63,478 nt of DNA, filler included, from an uncultured Synergistales bacterium (GCA_937897575.1; 4 parts of 4 records of this genome joined end to end with filler, not necessarily neighbours in it), one strand, 5' to 3'; positions 1-9,069 are shown, numbered from the whole stretch's first letter. Notes: generated by a model not told the origin, from the letters alone. Numbers and translations are program-made.

Positions 1-702
1 ACCGGCGTGGATTACGTGCAGTTCTACAAGGATATGGCCCCCGGGAAGATCGTCATCCACTTCGCGAACAACCCGCTGGCGGCGCTGTCCTTCTCGAAGA
101 CGGTCATCGTGGCCAGCATTCACGCCCGTTTTTTCCAGCGGGAGCTGCTGGAGCAGGCCGGAGCGACGGTCTTCACCCTCGATCAGTTCTGCAGGGAACC
201 CGCCGTCGGGCGGGGGTACAACGAGGAGTACGGCCTCCTGGGCTCCAACTACAGCACCGAGGACCGGGTGAAGCTCTTCCCCCGAGAGAGCGGGGCCTTC
301 GCGGACGCCCTCAAGGAGGAGCTTCGGCGTCGGGTGGGGAAGGAGATCGAGGTGCTCGTCTACGGCGACGGAGCCTTCAAGGACCCCGTGGGCGGCATCT
401 GGGAGCTGGCCGATCCCGTGGTCTCCCCGGGGTTTACGTCGGGGCTCGCGGGGCTGCCGAAGGAGATCAAGCTGAAGTACATCGCCGACAGCTGCGGAGG
501 AAGGAACGCCGAGGAGGCGGTCAGGGAGGCCATCCGGCACAAGGGGGACATGACCTCTTCGTCGGACGCCGCCCTGGGGACGACCCCCCGGCGGCTATCG
601 GACCTGCTGGGCTCCCTGTGCGACCTGACCTCCGGGTCGGGCGACAAGGGCACCCCGGTGGTCTATGTCTCGGGGTACTTCGACTCCTATCTGGACGACT
701 GA
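1..702 (+). CDS. CofE-like (F420-0:gamma-glutamyl ligase family) protein, 5'-truncated by window edge
   Basis: Frame is open from base 1. Motifs VYGDGAFKDPVGGIWELADP and GTTPRRLSDLLGSLCDLTSGSGDKGTP match the clostridial-type CofE-like family as I recall it. Confidence 0.7.
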   Translation, partial: TGVDYVQFYKDMAPGKIVIHFANNPLAALSFSKTVIVASIHARFFQRELLEQAGATVFTLDQFCREPAVGRGYNEEYGLLGSNYSTEDRVKLFPRESGAFADALKEELRRRVGKEIEVLVYGDGAFKDPVGGIWELADPVVSPGFTSGLAGLPKEIKLKYIADSCGGRNAEEAVREAIRHKGDMTSSSDAALGTTPRRLSDLLGSLCDLTSGSGDKGTPVVYVSGYFDSYLDD

Positions 703-723
703 CCGCGCCGCGAGGTGAATGCC

Positions 724-1335
724 GTGACGAAAAGCGACCGCGAAGCGCTCGATACGCCCTGGGCGATCCAGCAGTTCCTGAGCGGGATCCCCTACAACCC
801 GAAAGAGGAGTGCAAGTCGCCCGGAAGGGTTCTACTGGAGGGCAGCGCCCACTGTTTCGAGGGAGCGCTCTTCGCCGCGTCACGTCTGCGGAGGATCGGC
901 CACCCGCCGCTGCTCGTGGACCTCAGGGCGTGGAACGATGACGACCACGTCATCGCCGTGTTCAAGGAGGACGGATGCTGGGGCGCCGTGGCGAAGTCGA
1001 ACTTCACCACCCTCCAGTTTCGCGAGCCCGTGTATCGGTCGCTCCGGGAGCTGGCCATGTCCTACTTCGACCTGTACTTCAACACCCTCGGGGAGAAGAC
1101 GCTCCGCGCGTACTCCAGCGTGCTGCGCCTCGCGAAGTTCGACGACAGGGATTGGATGGAGACAGATGAGGACCTGGAGTACATCGGCGACGACTTCTCG
1201 TCGCTCCGGTATCACGATCTCGTGACCCCGGGGCAGGTCGAAAGGCTCTCGCCCGTCTCCGGCGACCTCATGAAGGCCGGTCTGCTCCGGTCGGATCCGG
1301 CAGGGCTGTACAAACCGTCCAAAGGGGGCGTGTAA
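724..1335 (+). CDS. Conserved hypothetical protein, transglutaminase/papain-like fold
   Basis: Cys motif AHCFEGALFAA and His motif DDDHVIAVF. GAGGTG SD at 712-717 favours GTG 724 over GTG 715. Confidence 0.6.
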   Translation: MTKSDREALDTPWAIQQFLSGIPYNPKEECKSPGRVLLEGSAHCFEGALFAASRLRRIGHPPLLVDLRAWNDDDHVIAVFKEDGCWGAVAKSNFTTLQFREPVYRSLRELAMSYFDLYFNTLGEKTLRAYSSVLRLAKFDDRDWMETDEDLEYIGDDFSSLRYHDLVTPGQVERLSPVSGDLMKAGLLRSDPAGLYKPSKGGV

Positions 1336-1461
1336 AAGTCGGCGAGGTATAGTATGATAATGCATGTGCATTTCTTCACTTTTCTGCTCCGCAATGGAAT
1401 TGACGCAGCATTTGTCCGCATTTCGCATCGGGAGTAAAAATCAGAAAGGGAGGTTCAGAGG

Positions 1462-2619
1462 ATGAAGCGTTTTGGCAAGTTTGGCTGGATGATGGGGTTG
1501 GTGTTCGCTGCATGCTTGATCGCCGTGCCCGCCTTCGCCGCTGATGTCATCAGGATCGGCGAGATCGCAACGGTGACCGGCGACTTCGCCGCCTACGGCG
1601 TGGCGGAAGTCGAATCCGTCAAGATCGCAGTGGAAGAGATCAACGCCGCCGGCGGTATCCTCGGCAAACAGGTGGAAGTGGTCATGTACGACTGCCGGAC
1701 CCGGCAGGAGGACATGGTGAACGCCGCCCGCCGCCTTGTGGAGCAGGACAAAGTCTGCGCCGTCATCGGCCCCAGTGGCAGCGGGCTGTGCATCGCAGCG
1801 GCCCCTGTGTTCAACAGAGGCAAGGTCCCCCACATCGGAACCCTGCCCACGAACCCCCTCGTGACGGTGGACGAGAAGGGGCAGGTCCGCCCCTACAACT
1901 TCCGGATATGCTTCCTCGATCCCTATCAGGGAAAGATCATCGCCACCTTCGCCGCCAACGATCTGCAAAAGAAGAGAGCCGCCGTGCTGTACGACGTATC
2001 CAGTGACTATTCCCAGGGGCTCCGCGAGTTCTTCGTCAAGTCCTTCAAGGAGTACGGCGGAGAGATCGTGGCCGATGAAGGGCACCGCGCCGAGGACGTG
2101 GACTTCAGAGCGCAGCTGACGTCCATAAAGAGCGCTAACCCCGACGTGCTGATCATCCCCACCATGGGCAAGTGCCTCCCCCTGTCCGTGAAGCAGGCCC
2201 GTGAGCTCGGGATCGACGTCCCCATCATCGGTGGCGACGGATACGGCGACTTCATGTGGGAGATCGCCGGCGACGCCATGAAGGACACCTACTGGGTGAG
2301 CCACGTGGATAAGGCCGACCCCGCTCTGGCCGACTTCTTCAAGAAGTATGAGGAGAAGACGGGCACGGAGTGCATGGAGTTCATGAACGCAGTCATGGCC
2401 TACGACAGCGTCTATTGGCTCAAGGACGCCATCGAGCGCGCCGGGAGCGACGACCCGACGAAGATCCGCGACGCCCTCGAGACCACCAAGGATCTCAAGC
2501 TCATGCACGCCACCCTGACCATCGACGAGTTCCACAACCCGAAGGACAAGGACGGCATCATGCTCGTGTCCGACATCGGCACGAAGAAGGCCGTCTTCCT
2601 GAAGAAGATCCGTCCGTAA
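1462..2619 (+). CDS. Branched-chain amino acid ABC transporter substrate-binding protein (LivJ/LivK family)
   Basis: Signal peptide; IRIGEIATVTG, AVEEINAAGGILGKQVEVV, DFRAQLTSIK and AYDSVY motifs; GGGAGG SD. Confidence 0.9.
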   Translation: MKRFGKFGWMMGLVFAACLIAVPAFAADVIRIGEIATVTGDFAAYGVAEVESVKIAVEEINAAGGILGKQVEVVMYDCRTRQEDMVNAARRLVEQDKVCAVIGPSGSGLCIAAAPVFNRGKVPHIGTLPTNPLVTVDEKGQVRPYNFRICFLDPYQGKIIATFAANDLQKKRAAVLYDVSSDYSQGLREFFVKSFKEYGGEIVADEGHRAEDVDFRAQLTSIKSANPDVLIIPTMGKCLPLSVKQARELGIDVPIIGGDGYGDFMWEIAGDAMKDTYWVSHVDKADPALADFFKKYEEKTGTECMEFMNAVMAYDSVYWLKDAIERAGSDDPTKIRDALETTKDLKLMHATLTIDEFHNPKDKDGIMLVSDIGTKKAVFLKKIRP

Positions 2620-2635
2620 TCTCAACGAAACGGAG

Positions 2636-2676
2636 AGGGCGAGGGCGGGACCGGCCGGTCCCGCCCTCGCCCTTTG
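2636..2676 (+). terminator. Intrinsic terminator formed by a perfect 38-bp palindrome
   Basis: AGGGCGAGGGCGGGACCGG|CCGGTCCCGCCCTCGCCCT (2636-2673), followed by a short T-rich tail, just after the livJ-like stop. Confidence 0.75.
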
Positions 2677-2723
2677 TATGTCTTCCAACGGAGCTCGTCG
2701 CGTACGCCGATGGCGAGGCGTTT

Positions 2724-2752
2724 TTGCAAAGCGACCCTCGACTCGCTACAAT
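2724..2752 (+). promoter_or_regulatory. Sigma70-type promoter of the NCS2 permease operon
   Basis: TTGCAA (2724-2729), 17-bp spacer, TACAAT (2747-2752). Confidence 0.65.
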
Positions 2753-2876
2753 AACGATGGAGTGGGGCGGACGCCCTGCGCTCCCGCTCTCTCGCCGCCG
2801 GACCCCGACGAACGGTCTCTGGGCGTGAAGAGCATACGTGCAAGGAGTACCTATCTCGCAAGCGGAGGTGTGTTGT

Positions 2877-4268
2877 ATGGCGAAGCAGCTCGTGTACGGC
2901 GTGGACGATCGGCCGCCCTTTCCCATTCTGGTCCTGGCGGGCGCACAGCACGTCCTGACCCTTTTCGGCGCTACGACCCTCGTCCCCCTCATCTTCGGGC
3001 CGGCCATGGGGATGGACGCCCTCCAGATCGCGTCGCTGATCTCCTGCGTCTACTTTGGCATGGGCGTCGCGACGCTCATCCAGACCCACCCGAAGTTCGG
3101 CTCGGGGCTGCCCATCGTCCAGGGCTCGAGCTTCAGCTTCATCCCTCCCGTCATGACCATCGTCGGCGCCTACAAGGCCATGGGGCCGGAGGTCATCATG
3201 CAGTACATCGGCGGAGGGCTGATCGCCGGCGGCCTCATCCTCTCCTTCATCGGCTACAGCGGCCTCATAGGGCGGATACGGCGGATCATCACGCCGGTGG
3301 TCATCGGCCCCGTCATCATGGCCATCGGATTCTCCCTCGCCCCGACGGCCATCCAGCTCAACGCGGCGAACTACTGGCCGGCGTCGCTCCTCGTCGTCAT
3401 CCTGATCTTTCTCTTCAGCCTCGTGAGCAAGAATCGCTTCATGAACATATTCGCCGTCCTCTCATCCATCGTCCTCACCTACCTGCTCTGCCTCGGCCTC
3501 TCCATGGCCGGGATCTTCCCCGCGGGGCATCCGGCCCACATCGACCTGGCGAAGGTCGCCGAGGCCCCCTGGTTCCGAACCAACATCCTCATGCCCTGGG
3601 GCCCTCCGAAGTTCAGCTTCCTCGCCTTCGGCGCCTTGCTCGCAGGCTTCTTCGCCGTCATGATCGAGTCCATAGGGGACTACCACTCCTGCTCCTACGT
3701 CTCCGGCCTCGAGGACCCCGACACGGCCACCATCAGCAGGGGAATCGGCGCCGAGGGGCTCACCTGCGCCCTCTCGGGCATCTTCGGTTCCGTCGGCACC
3801 ACGTCCTACACGGAGAACATCGGGCTCATCGGCCTGACGGGCGTGGCCTCCCGGTGGGTCGTCCGGACGGGGGCCGTGCTCCTGATCCTCATGAGCTTCG
3901 TGACCAAGATCGGGGCCCTGGTGGCCACCATGCCGTCCCCCATCATCGGGGGCGCCTACATCGCCCTCTTCGGCACCATCGGCGCTCTGGGCATTCAAGT
4001 CCTCATGAGGGCCGACATGAGCAGCCAGAGAAACGTGCTCATCGTCGGGTTCGCCTTCCTCATGGCGCTGGGGCTGCCGGGGTGGGTGGAGAACAATCAG
4101 GAGCTCTTCATGAACCCCGCCCACGGCCAGGTCGTGAGGACCCTCGGCGGCATGGCGTGGGGCATTCTGAAGACGCCCATGGCCGTTGCCGGCATCTGCG
4201 CGGCTCTCTGCGACTCCCTCGTCCCCGGGACCGACGAGGAGCGGGGGATAGGCGTCCGGATGAGGTAA
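2877..4268 (+). CDS. NCS2-family nucleobase:cation symporter (xanthine/uracil permease)
   Basis: YGVDDRPP, QHVLTLFG, LPIVQGSSFSF, ESIGD and the signature TSYTENIGLIGLTGVASR; GGAGG SD before ATG 2877. Confidence 0.93.
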   Translation: MAKQLVYGVDDRPPFPILVLAGAQHVLTLFGATTLVPLIFGPAMGMDALQIASLISCVYFGMGVATLIQTHPKFGSGLPIVQGSSFSFIPPVMTIVGAYKAMGPEVIMQYIGGGLIAGGLILSFIGYSGLIGRIRRIITPVVIGPVIMAIGFSLAPTAIQLNAANYWPASLLVVILIFLFSLVSKNRFMNIFAVLSSIVLTYLLCLGLSMAGIFPAGHPAHIDLAKVAEAPWFRTNILMPWGPPKFSFLAFGALLAGFFAVMIESIGDYHSCSYVSGLEDPDTATISRGIGAEGLTCALSGIFGSVGTTSYTENIGLIGLTGVASRWVVRTGAVLLILMSFVTKIGALVATMPSPIIGGAYIALFGTIGALGIQVLMRADMSSQRNVLIVGFAFLMALGLPGWVENNQELFMNPAHGQVVRTLGGMAWGILKTPMAVAGICAALCDSLVPGTDEERGIGVRMR

Positions 4269-4325
4269 GAAATCCGCCCCCTTGGAGGAGGGCGGATAGG
4301 GCACCATACGCGAAGGAGGTACGCT

Positions 4326-5768
4326 ATGCTCGTCAAACACTTTTTCACGGGGAAGATCGCCCACAGCTCCTACATCCTCGCCGGCCGGAAGACCTGCGCC
4401 GTCGTCGACCCGGACCGGGATGCGGAGATGTACATCGCCGAGGCCAGAGCTCTGGGCGTGGAGATCACCCACGTTCTGCTCACCCATCTGCACGCGGACT
4501 TCATCTCGGGGCACAGCGAGCTCGCCGAAGGGTGCGGCGCAGCCGTATACGTCGCGCGGTCCGCGGAGTGCGCCTTCGACCACATCCCCCTTTCGGAGGG
4601 GGACAGGGTCACCATCGAGGACATGACCGTCGACGTGCTCGAGACGCCCGGGCACACGCCGGAACACCTCTGTCTCGTGGTGACGGACAGAGCCAGGTCC
4701 GACAGCCCCGTCGGCGTCTTTACGGGGGACGCCCTCTTCGTGGGTGACGTGGGGCGGCCGGATCTCTTCCCGGGGCGGGCCGAGGAGCTGGCGCGAAAGC
4801 TCCACCGCAGCCTGCACGGCAAGCTGATGACGCTGCCGGAGTACTGCGAGGTCTACCCGACCCACGGTGCGGGCTCCCTGTGCGGGCGGTTCATCGGGTC
4901 GAAGTGGACCTCCACCGTGGGCTACGAACGGGCATGGAACGGGGCCCTCGCGATAGGGGATGAAGAGGCGTTCGTCCGGTCTCTGACGGAGAACATGCCG
5001 CCTGCGCCGGACCACTTCAGCCGGTGCAGCGACGTCAACAGACGCGGTCCCGCCCTGGTGGCCAGCCTGCCGAGGGTGGAGGAGCTTTCGCCGAAGCGGT
5101 TCAGGGAGCGCGCCGACCGCCCCGGCACGGAGGTCGTGGACTCGCGGAGCTACCACGCCTTCGGGAGCCAGCACGTTCATGGAGCCTGGAGCCTCGACCT
5201 GGGCGGCAACTTCCCCACCTTTGCCGGGTGGGTCCTGCCTCCGGAAAGGGATGTCCTTCTCGTGGCCGACGACTACGAGAAGGCTTTGCAAGCTGCCGCG
5301 TGGTGCCGGCGGGTCGGAGTGGACCGGGTGGTGGGCTGCCTGAGCGGCGGCATGGCGGCCTGGGCCATGGCGGGGTTGGAGAGCGACGCCGTCGCCCAGA
5401 TCTCCGCCGAGGAGCTGCATCGCAGGGTCACATCCTCCTCGGACTTCGTGCTCCTGGACGTTCGGATGCCCGGCGAGTTCCGCGGCGGTCATATCGACGG
5501 GGCGATCAACATCCCCGTGAGCGAGCTCCGGACACGATACGGCGAGCTGGACAGGGACAGGCCCACGGTGCTCCTCTGCAGCAGCGGCAACCGGTCGAGC
5601 CTCGGCACGAGCATTCTCAAACGCCACGGGTTCTCGAACCTCTTCAACGTCGCCGGCGGCATGACGGGGTACAGTGCGGCGGGGTACGCGAAGGAGTGCC
5701 CGGTCTGCGTCCTCCCGCACGCCTCGCGGTTCTTCACTGGGCCCGGTGCGCAGCCCGTCAGGGAGTAG
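4326..5768 (+). CDS. MBL-fold hydrolase fused to two rhodanese domains (CstB/persulfide dioxygenase-sulfurtransferase-like)
   Basis: THLHADFISG, TPGHTPEH and FTGDALFVGDVGRPDL motifs; C-terminal rhodanese LLDVR..EF..GHI.GA with active-site loop CSSGNRS. Confidence 0.88.
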   Translation: MLVKHFFTGKIAHSSYILAGRKTCAVVDPDRDAEMYIAEARALGVEITHVLLTHLHADFISGHSELAEGCGAAVYVARSAECAFDHIPLSEGDRVTIEDMTVDVLETPGHTPEHLCLVVTDRARSDSPVGVFTGDALFVGDVGRPDLFPGRAEELARKLHRSLHGKLMTLPEYCEVYPTHGAGSLCGRFIGSKWTSTVGYERAWNGALAIGDEEAFVRSLTENMPPAPDHFSRCSDVNRRGPALVASLPRVEELSPKRFRERADRPGTEVVDSRSYHAFGSQHVHGAWSLDLGGNFPTFAGWVLPPERDVLLVADDYEKALQAAAWCRRVGVDRVVGCLSGGMAAWAMAGLESDAVAQISAEELHRRVTSSSDFVLLDVRMPGEFRGGHIDGAINIPVSELRTRYGELDRDRPTVLLCSSGNRSSLGTSILKRHGFSNLFNVAGGMTGYSAAGYAKECPVCVLPHASRFFTGPGAQPVRE

Positions 5769-5784
5769 AGGGCAGGGACCGGAC

Positions 5785-5826
5785 AAGCGTGGTGGGGAGC
5801 CCGGGCCCGGGCTCCCCACCACGCTT
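5785..5826. terminator. Bidirectional terminator, perfect 42-bp palindrome
   Basis: AAGCGTGGTGGGGAGCCCGGG|CCCGGGCTCCCCACCACGCTT between convergent genes. Confidence 0.8.
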
Positions 5827-5837
5827 TCAATCAATTG

Positions 5838-6923
5838 CTACGGCTCGAGCCGTTCGATGCCGAAGCGGTCGGCGTACGCGTCCAGCCGTTCCCACGTGGC
5901 CGGGTCGAGGTAGACGCCCTCTTTCAGGGACTGTTTCCGCCGCTCGTGCTCCTTCTCGCCGTGGATGTAGATCCTCTCCCTGCCGTTAGCCCTGGAGCTC
6001 GAGGTGATGCGGTCCAGGATGGAGGCCATATGGTCCTCGATCCGCTTCCTGTCGCCGAAGAGGTCGAGGCTTGTGGCCTGGAAGTAGTGGCAGATGCCGC
6101 TGCTCTTCTCGTAGGTGTCGAAGCTCGCCGTGCCGAGGGAGAGCCCCGCCGTGAGCAGCTCCACCAGCAGGCCGAGACCGTATCCCTTGTGCCCTCCCAG
6201 GGTCTCGCCGGCGCCGCCCAGATAGAGGAGTCCGCCGTAGGGGCTCTTATTGAAGCGGCTGGTCTCCGCTACGGCCACTGCGTCGACGGTGTCCCTGCCG
6301 TTCTGGTCCACGGCCCACCCCTCGGGCATGATGCCGCCCCTGCGGGCCTGCACTTCGATCTTCCCTATGGCGACGGTGGTGGTGGCCATGTCGAGGATGA
6401 AATGAGGAGATCGCCCCGTGGGAATGGCCACGCATATGGGGTTTGTTCCAAGGAGTCGCTCCTTGCCGAAGAGGGGAATACCCGCCTTGAGGGTGTTGGT
6501 GAGGGCGACGCCCATCATGCCCTCATCAGCGGCCTTCTCCGCCCAGAAGGCCGCCATGCCGAAGTGGCACGATTCCCGCACCACCGTCATGCACGTGCCG
6601 CTTCGTTTCGCCTTCTCCAGGGTCCGCTCCAGAGCGAACCGGGATGCGGCGAAGCCGGGCGCCATGTTGCCGTTCACCACAAGGGAGATGGGCGTCTCGT
6701 GGGCCACCTCCGGCTTCCCATTGGGGTCGCAGTTGCCCTGATCCACCTCATCGGTGTACATCATAATCCGGGCCACGCCGTGGGACGCGTGCCCCCGGGC
6801 ATCCGCCTCGACGAGCCCCTCGGCGGATACGGCCGCCACATCCTCGGGGTACCCGAGGCCCACCTCGAGCATGCGGGCCATATAGTCGCGAAGTTTTTCG
6901 TACTGAACGTGTACTCGTTCCAT
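5838..6923 (-). CDS. Ldh_2 family (malate/L-lactate/sulfolactate/ureidoglycolate dehydrogenase-like) oxidoreductase
   Basis: ADARGHASHG, HFG, GTNPI, LDMATT and GGHKGYGL motifs; GGAGG SD before ATG 6923. Confidence 0.9.
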   Translation of the reverse strand: MERVHVQYEKLRDYMARMLEVGLGYPEDVAAVSAEGLVEADARGHASHGVARIMMYTDEVDQGNCDPNGKPEVAHETPISLVVNGNMAPGFAASRFALERTLEKAKRSGTCMTVVRESCHFGMAAFWAEKAADEGMMGVALTNTLKAGIPLFGKERLLGTNPICVAIPTGRSPHFILDMATTTVAIGKIEVQARRGGIMPEGWAVDQNGRDTVDAVAVAETSRFNKSPYGGLLYLGGAGETLGGHKGYGLGLLVELLTAGLSLGTASFDTYEKSSGICHYFQATSLDLFGDRKRIEDHMASILDRITSSSRANGRERIYIHGEKEHERRKQSLKEGVYLDPATWERLDAYADRFGIERLEP

Positions 6924-6959
6924 GGCACACCACCTCCGGATCAATATACCGCCCTGGCG

Positions 6960-8045
6960 CTACCTTGCTTTCAGCACTCCGGCCAGAACGTCCATGCCTT
7001 TCGACACGAGGTCCATGTCGGCCTGGCTGCCCATGTGCCCGATGCGGAAGACCTTGCCGGCCAGCGGGCCGTAGCTTCCGCCGACCACCATGCCGCGTTC
7101 GCGCAGGGCACCGTCGAGGGCCTTCCAGGACCACCCGTCCGGGAGGAGGGCGGCGGTGACGGTGGGGGAGCAGAGGGCCTCGCTCTTCGGGTAGATGGCG
7201 ACGCCCATATGGGCGAGACGCTCCCGGCAGCGGGCCGCCACGGCAGCGTGACGGGCGAAGGAGGCCTCCAGGCCGTCGGAGAGGATTTGGTTCAGCGAAC
7301 GGTTCAGCGAGGCCATGGCGTGCCAGTTATGGGTGTAGGGCAGGTATCGCTCGGCGGGCCCCTCTCTCCAGGGAAGCAGGGCGTCGTACCCCTGATAGCC
7401 GAGGGCCTCGGCGGCCGCCCAGGCCCTCGGGCTCACGGCCGTCATGGAGAGGTCCGGGAGCAGGGAGAGGACCTTCTGGCTCCCCAGAAGGCCAAGGTCG
7501 ATGCCCCATTCGTCGGTGCGTACGTCGGCCCCTCCGGCGCTGGCCACATAGTCCACGCACAGCAGGGCGTCCACCTCCCGGGCGACGGCCCCGAGAGGCG
7601 CGATGGGGTTGAGCAGTCCGCTCGGCGTCTCGCAGTGCACGAAGGTGATCACCTTCGGGCCGAAGGCCCGGGCCTCTGCGCGGACGGCCTCGGGATCGAG
7701 AAACTCGCCCTCCGGTGCCTCCAGAATGCGCGTCTCGAAGCCGAGCCCCTTGCCCATCTCGCCGAACCCTCGTCCGAAAATGCCGTTCGATAGGGCAAGA
7801 AGCCGGTCACCGGGGGCGAGGACGCTCTTCAGCGCGCCCCATAGGGCGCACATCCCCTCACCGCTCTGGATGACCACGCTGTTCTCCGTCTTCAGGAAGC
7901 GGCGGAGCAGCCGTTCGTTCTCCTCGTAGAGGAGAAAAAACTCCTCCTCGAGATCGGCGCTTCCGTAGTCCTCGAGATAGGGCTCGCGGAAGGCCCTCGG
8001 TACCGAAACGGGCCCCGGCACAAGCCCAATGGCATAGGTCTTCAT
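6960..8045 (-). CDS. Class V PLP aminotransferase (alanine-glyoxylate/serine-pyruvate type)
   Basis: PGPVSVP, VHCETPSG, VDYVAS, GSQK (PLP lysine) and FRIGHMG motifs. Confidence 0.9.
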   Translation of the reverse strand: MKTYAIGLVPGPVSVPRAFREPYLEDYGSADLEEEFFLLYEENERLLRRFLKTENSVVIQSGEGMCALWGALKSVLAPGDRLLALSNGIFGRGFGEMGKGLGFETRILEAPEGEFLDPEAVRAEARAFGPKVITFVHCETPSGLLNPIAPLGAVAREVDALLCVDYVASAGGADVRTDEWGIDLGLLGSQKVLSLLPDLSMTAVSPRAWAAAEALGYQGYDALLPWREGPAERYLPYTHNWHAMASLNRSLNQILSDGLEASFARHAAVAARCRERLAHMGVAIYPKSEALCSPTVTAALLPDGWSWKALDGALRERGMVVGGSYGPLAGKVFRIGHMGSQADMDLVSKGMDVLAGVLKAR

Positions 8046-8096
8046 GGTCTCTCCTCCCTCATTCGTTGCTCGTATCGAATATCTTCATCGCGAGCT

Positions 8097-8858
8097 TCAG
8101 CCTTTAGGTGTCCCCGTCGCGGGGTGTCCTTCCTCGGCGAGCAGTCCGTCCACCTCGGCAAGGACTTCGCCGATGGAGGTGTGGATCACCCCGTCCGCCA
8201 TCCCGTCCAGCGGCGTCTCCGTGTTGTTGACGATATAGAGGGCGCCGCCGTTCCTCTTTGCCCGTTCGGGGAGCATGTTCGCGGGCGAGACGAGGAGCGA
8301 GGAGCCCAGGACGATGAAGAGCTCGCAGGTCGACGCCAGGTCTATGGACTCGGACAGGGTCCTCTCGGGGAGCATCTCGCCGAAGAGCACCACGGCCGGA
8401 CGAAGCTTCCCGCCGCAGGAGCCGCAGCGGGCCCTGGACTCGTACCCTTCCGCCGGGAAGACGGAGGAACAGCTCTGACACCGGACCTCCCGAAGCGTCC
8501 CATGCAGCTCGTACACCGCTCGGGAGCCGACGGCCTGATGGAGGCCGTCCACGTTCTGGGTGACGATGGCCTGTACGAGCCCCCGTCTCTCCCAGTCGGC
8601 GAGTATGCGGTGCCCCCTGTTCGGTTCGATGCCGCCCAAAGCCTTGACCCGCTCGCCGTAAAAGGCGGCGAAGTTCTCGAAGTTTCGGTTCAGCGCCTCG
8701 GTGGAGGCGAGCTCCTCGGGGCTGTACTGCCCCCACAGGCCCTTTGAGGAGCGAAAGTCCGGGAGACCGGACTCCGTGCTCATCCCAGCGCCTGTGAAGA
8801 CGATCGTCGACCGGGACGACGCCATTTTTTTCGCGAGGTTGGCTGCTACTGTGCTCAT
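8097..8858 (-). CDS. cobB: NAD-dependent protein deacylase (Sir2 family)
   Basis: TGAGMSTESGLPDFRS, TQNVDGLH, ELHG, two CxxC zinc motifs, RPAVVLFGE and GSSL. Confidence 0.92.
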   Translation of the reverse strand: MSTVAANLAKKMASSRSTIVFTGAGMSTESGLPDFRSSKGLWGQYSPEELASTEALNRNFENFAAFYGERVKALGGIEPNRGHRILADWERRGLVQAIVTQNVDGLHQAVGSRAVYELHGTLREVRCQSCSSVFPAEGYESRARCGSCGGKLRPAVVLFGEMLPERTLSESIDLASTCELFIVLGSSLLVSPANMLPERAKRNGGALYIVNNTETPLDGMADGVIHTSIGEVLAEVDGLLAEEGHPATGTPKG

Positions 8859-9069
8859 GACCACACTCCTTTCCCTGTTCCGTCAAAAAATCCAAACCAG
8901 CAAAGCCCTCCCCCGGACCGTTCCGGCCGCGGCAAAGGCTCATGAAAACATTCTACCATGTTGTGCCGCCCAGGGCCCTTCATCGCTCCATGTCCTCATC
9001 GATTTGGCACGCGATTATGCTCGCCGGACGAGCGCGGCCGGTCCGCTTTCAACACTGCGGTCCGTCTGC

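Noticed and set aside
700..726. TGA of the CofE-like gene in frame with the next ORF (possible Sec readthrough)
   Set aside because: GYFDSYLDD looks like the natural family C-terminus, and the next gene has its own GAGGTG SD.
2753..2876. Purine riboswitch upstream of the NCS2 permease
   Set aside because: The conserved purine riboswitch core segments are not recognisable.
2678..7793. Long overlapping or antisense ORFs (e.g. 2678-4747, 3462-5834, 5835-7793; many similar ones throughout)
   Set aside because: These are Arg/Pro/Gly-rich shadow frames of real genes, expected in high-GC DNA, with no recognisable motifs.
8097..8858. Sir2 gene as an anti-phage (Thoeris/DSR) component
   Set aside because: It is a canonical zinc-binding CobB-type deacylase in a metabolic operon with no defence partners.
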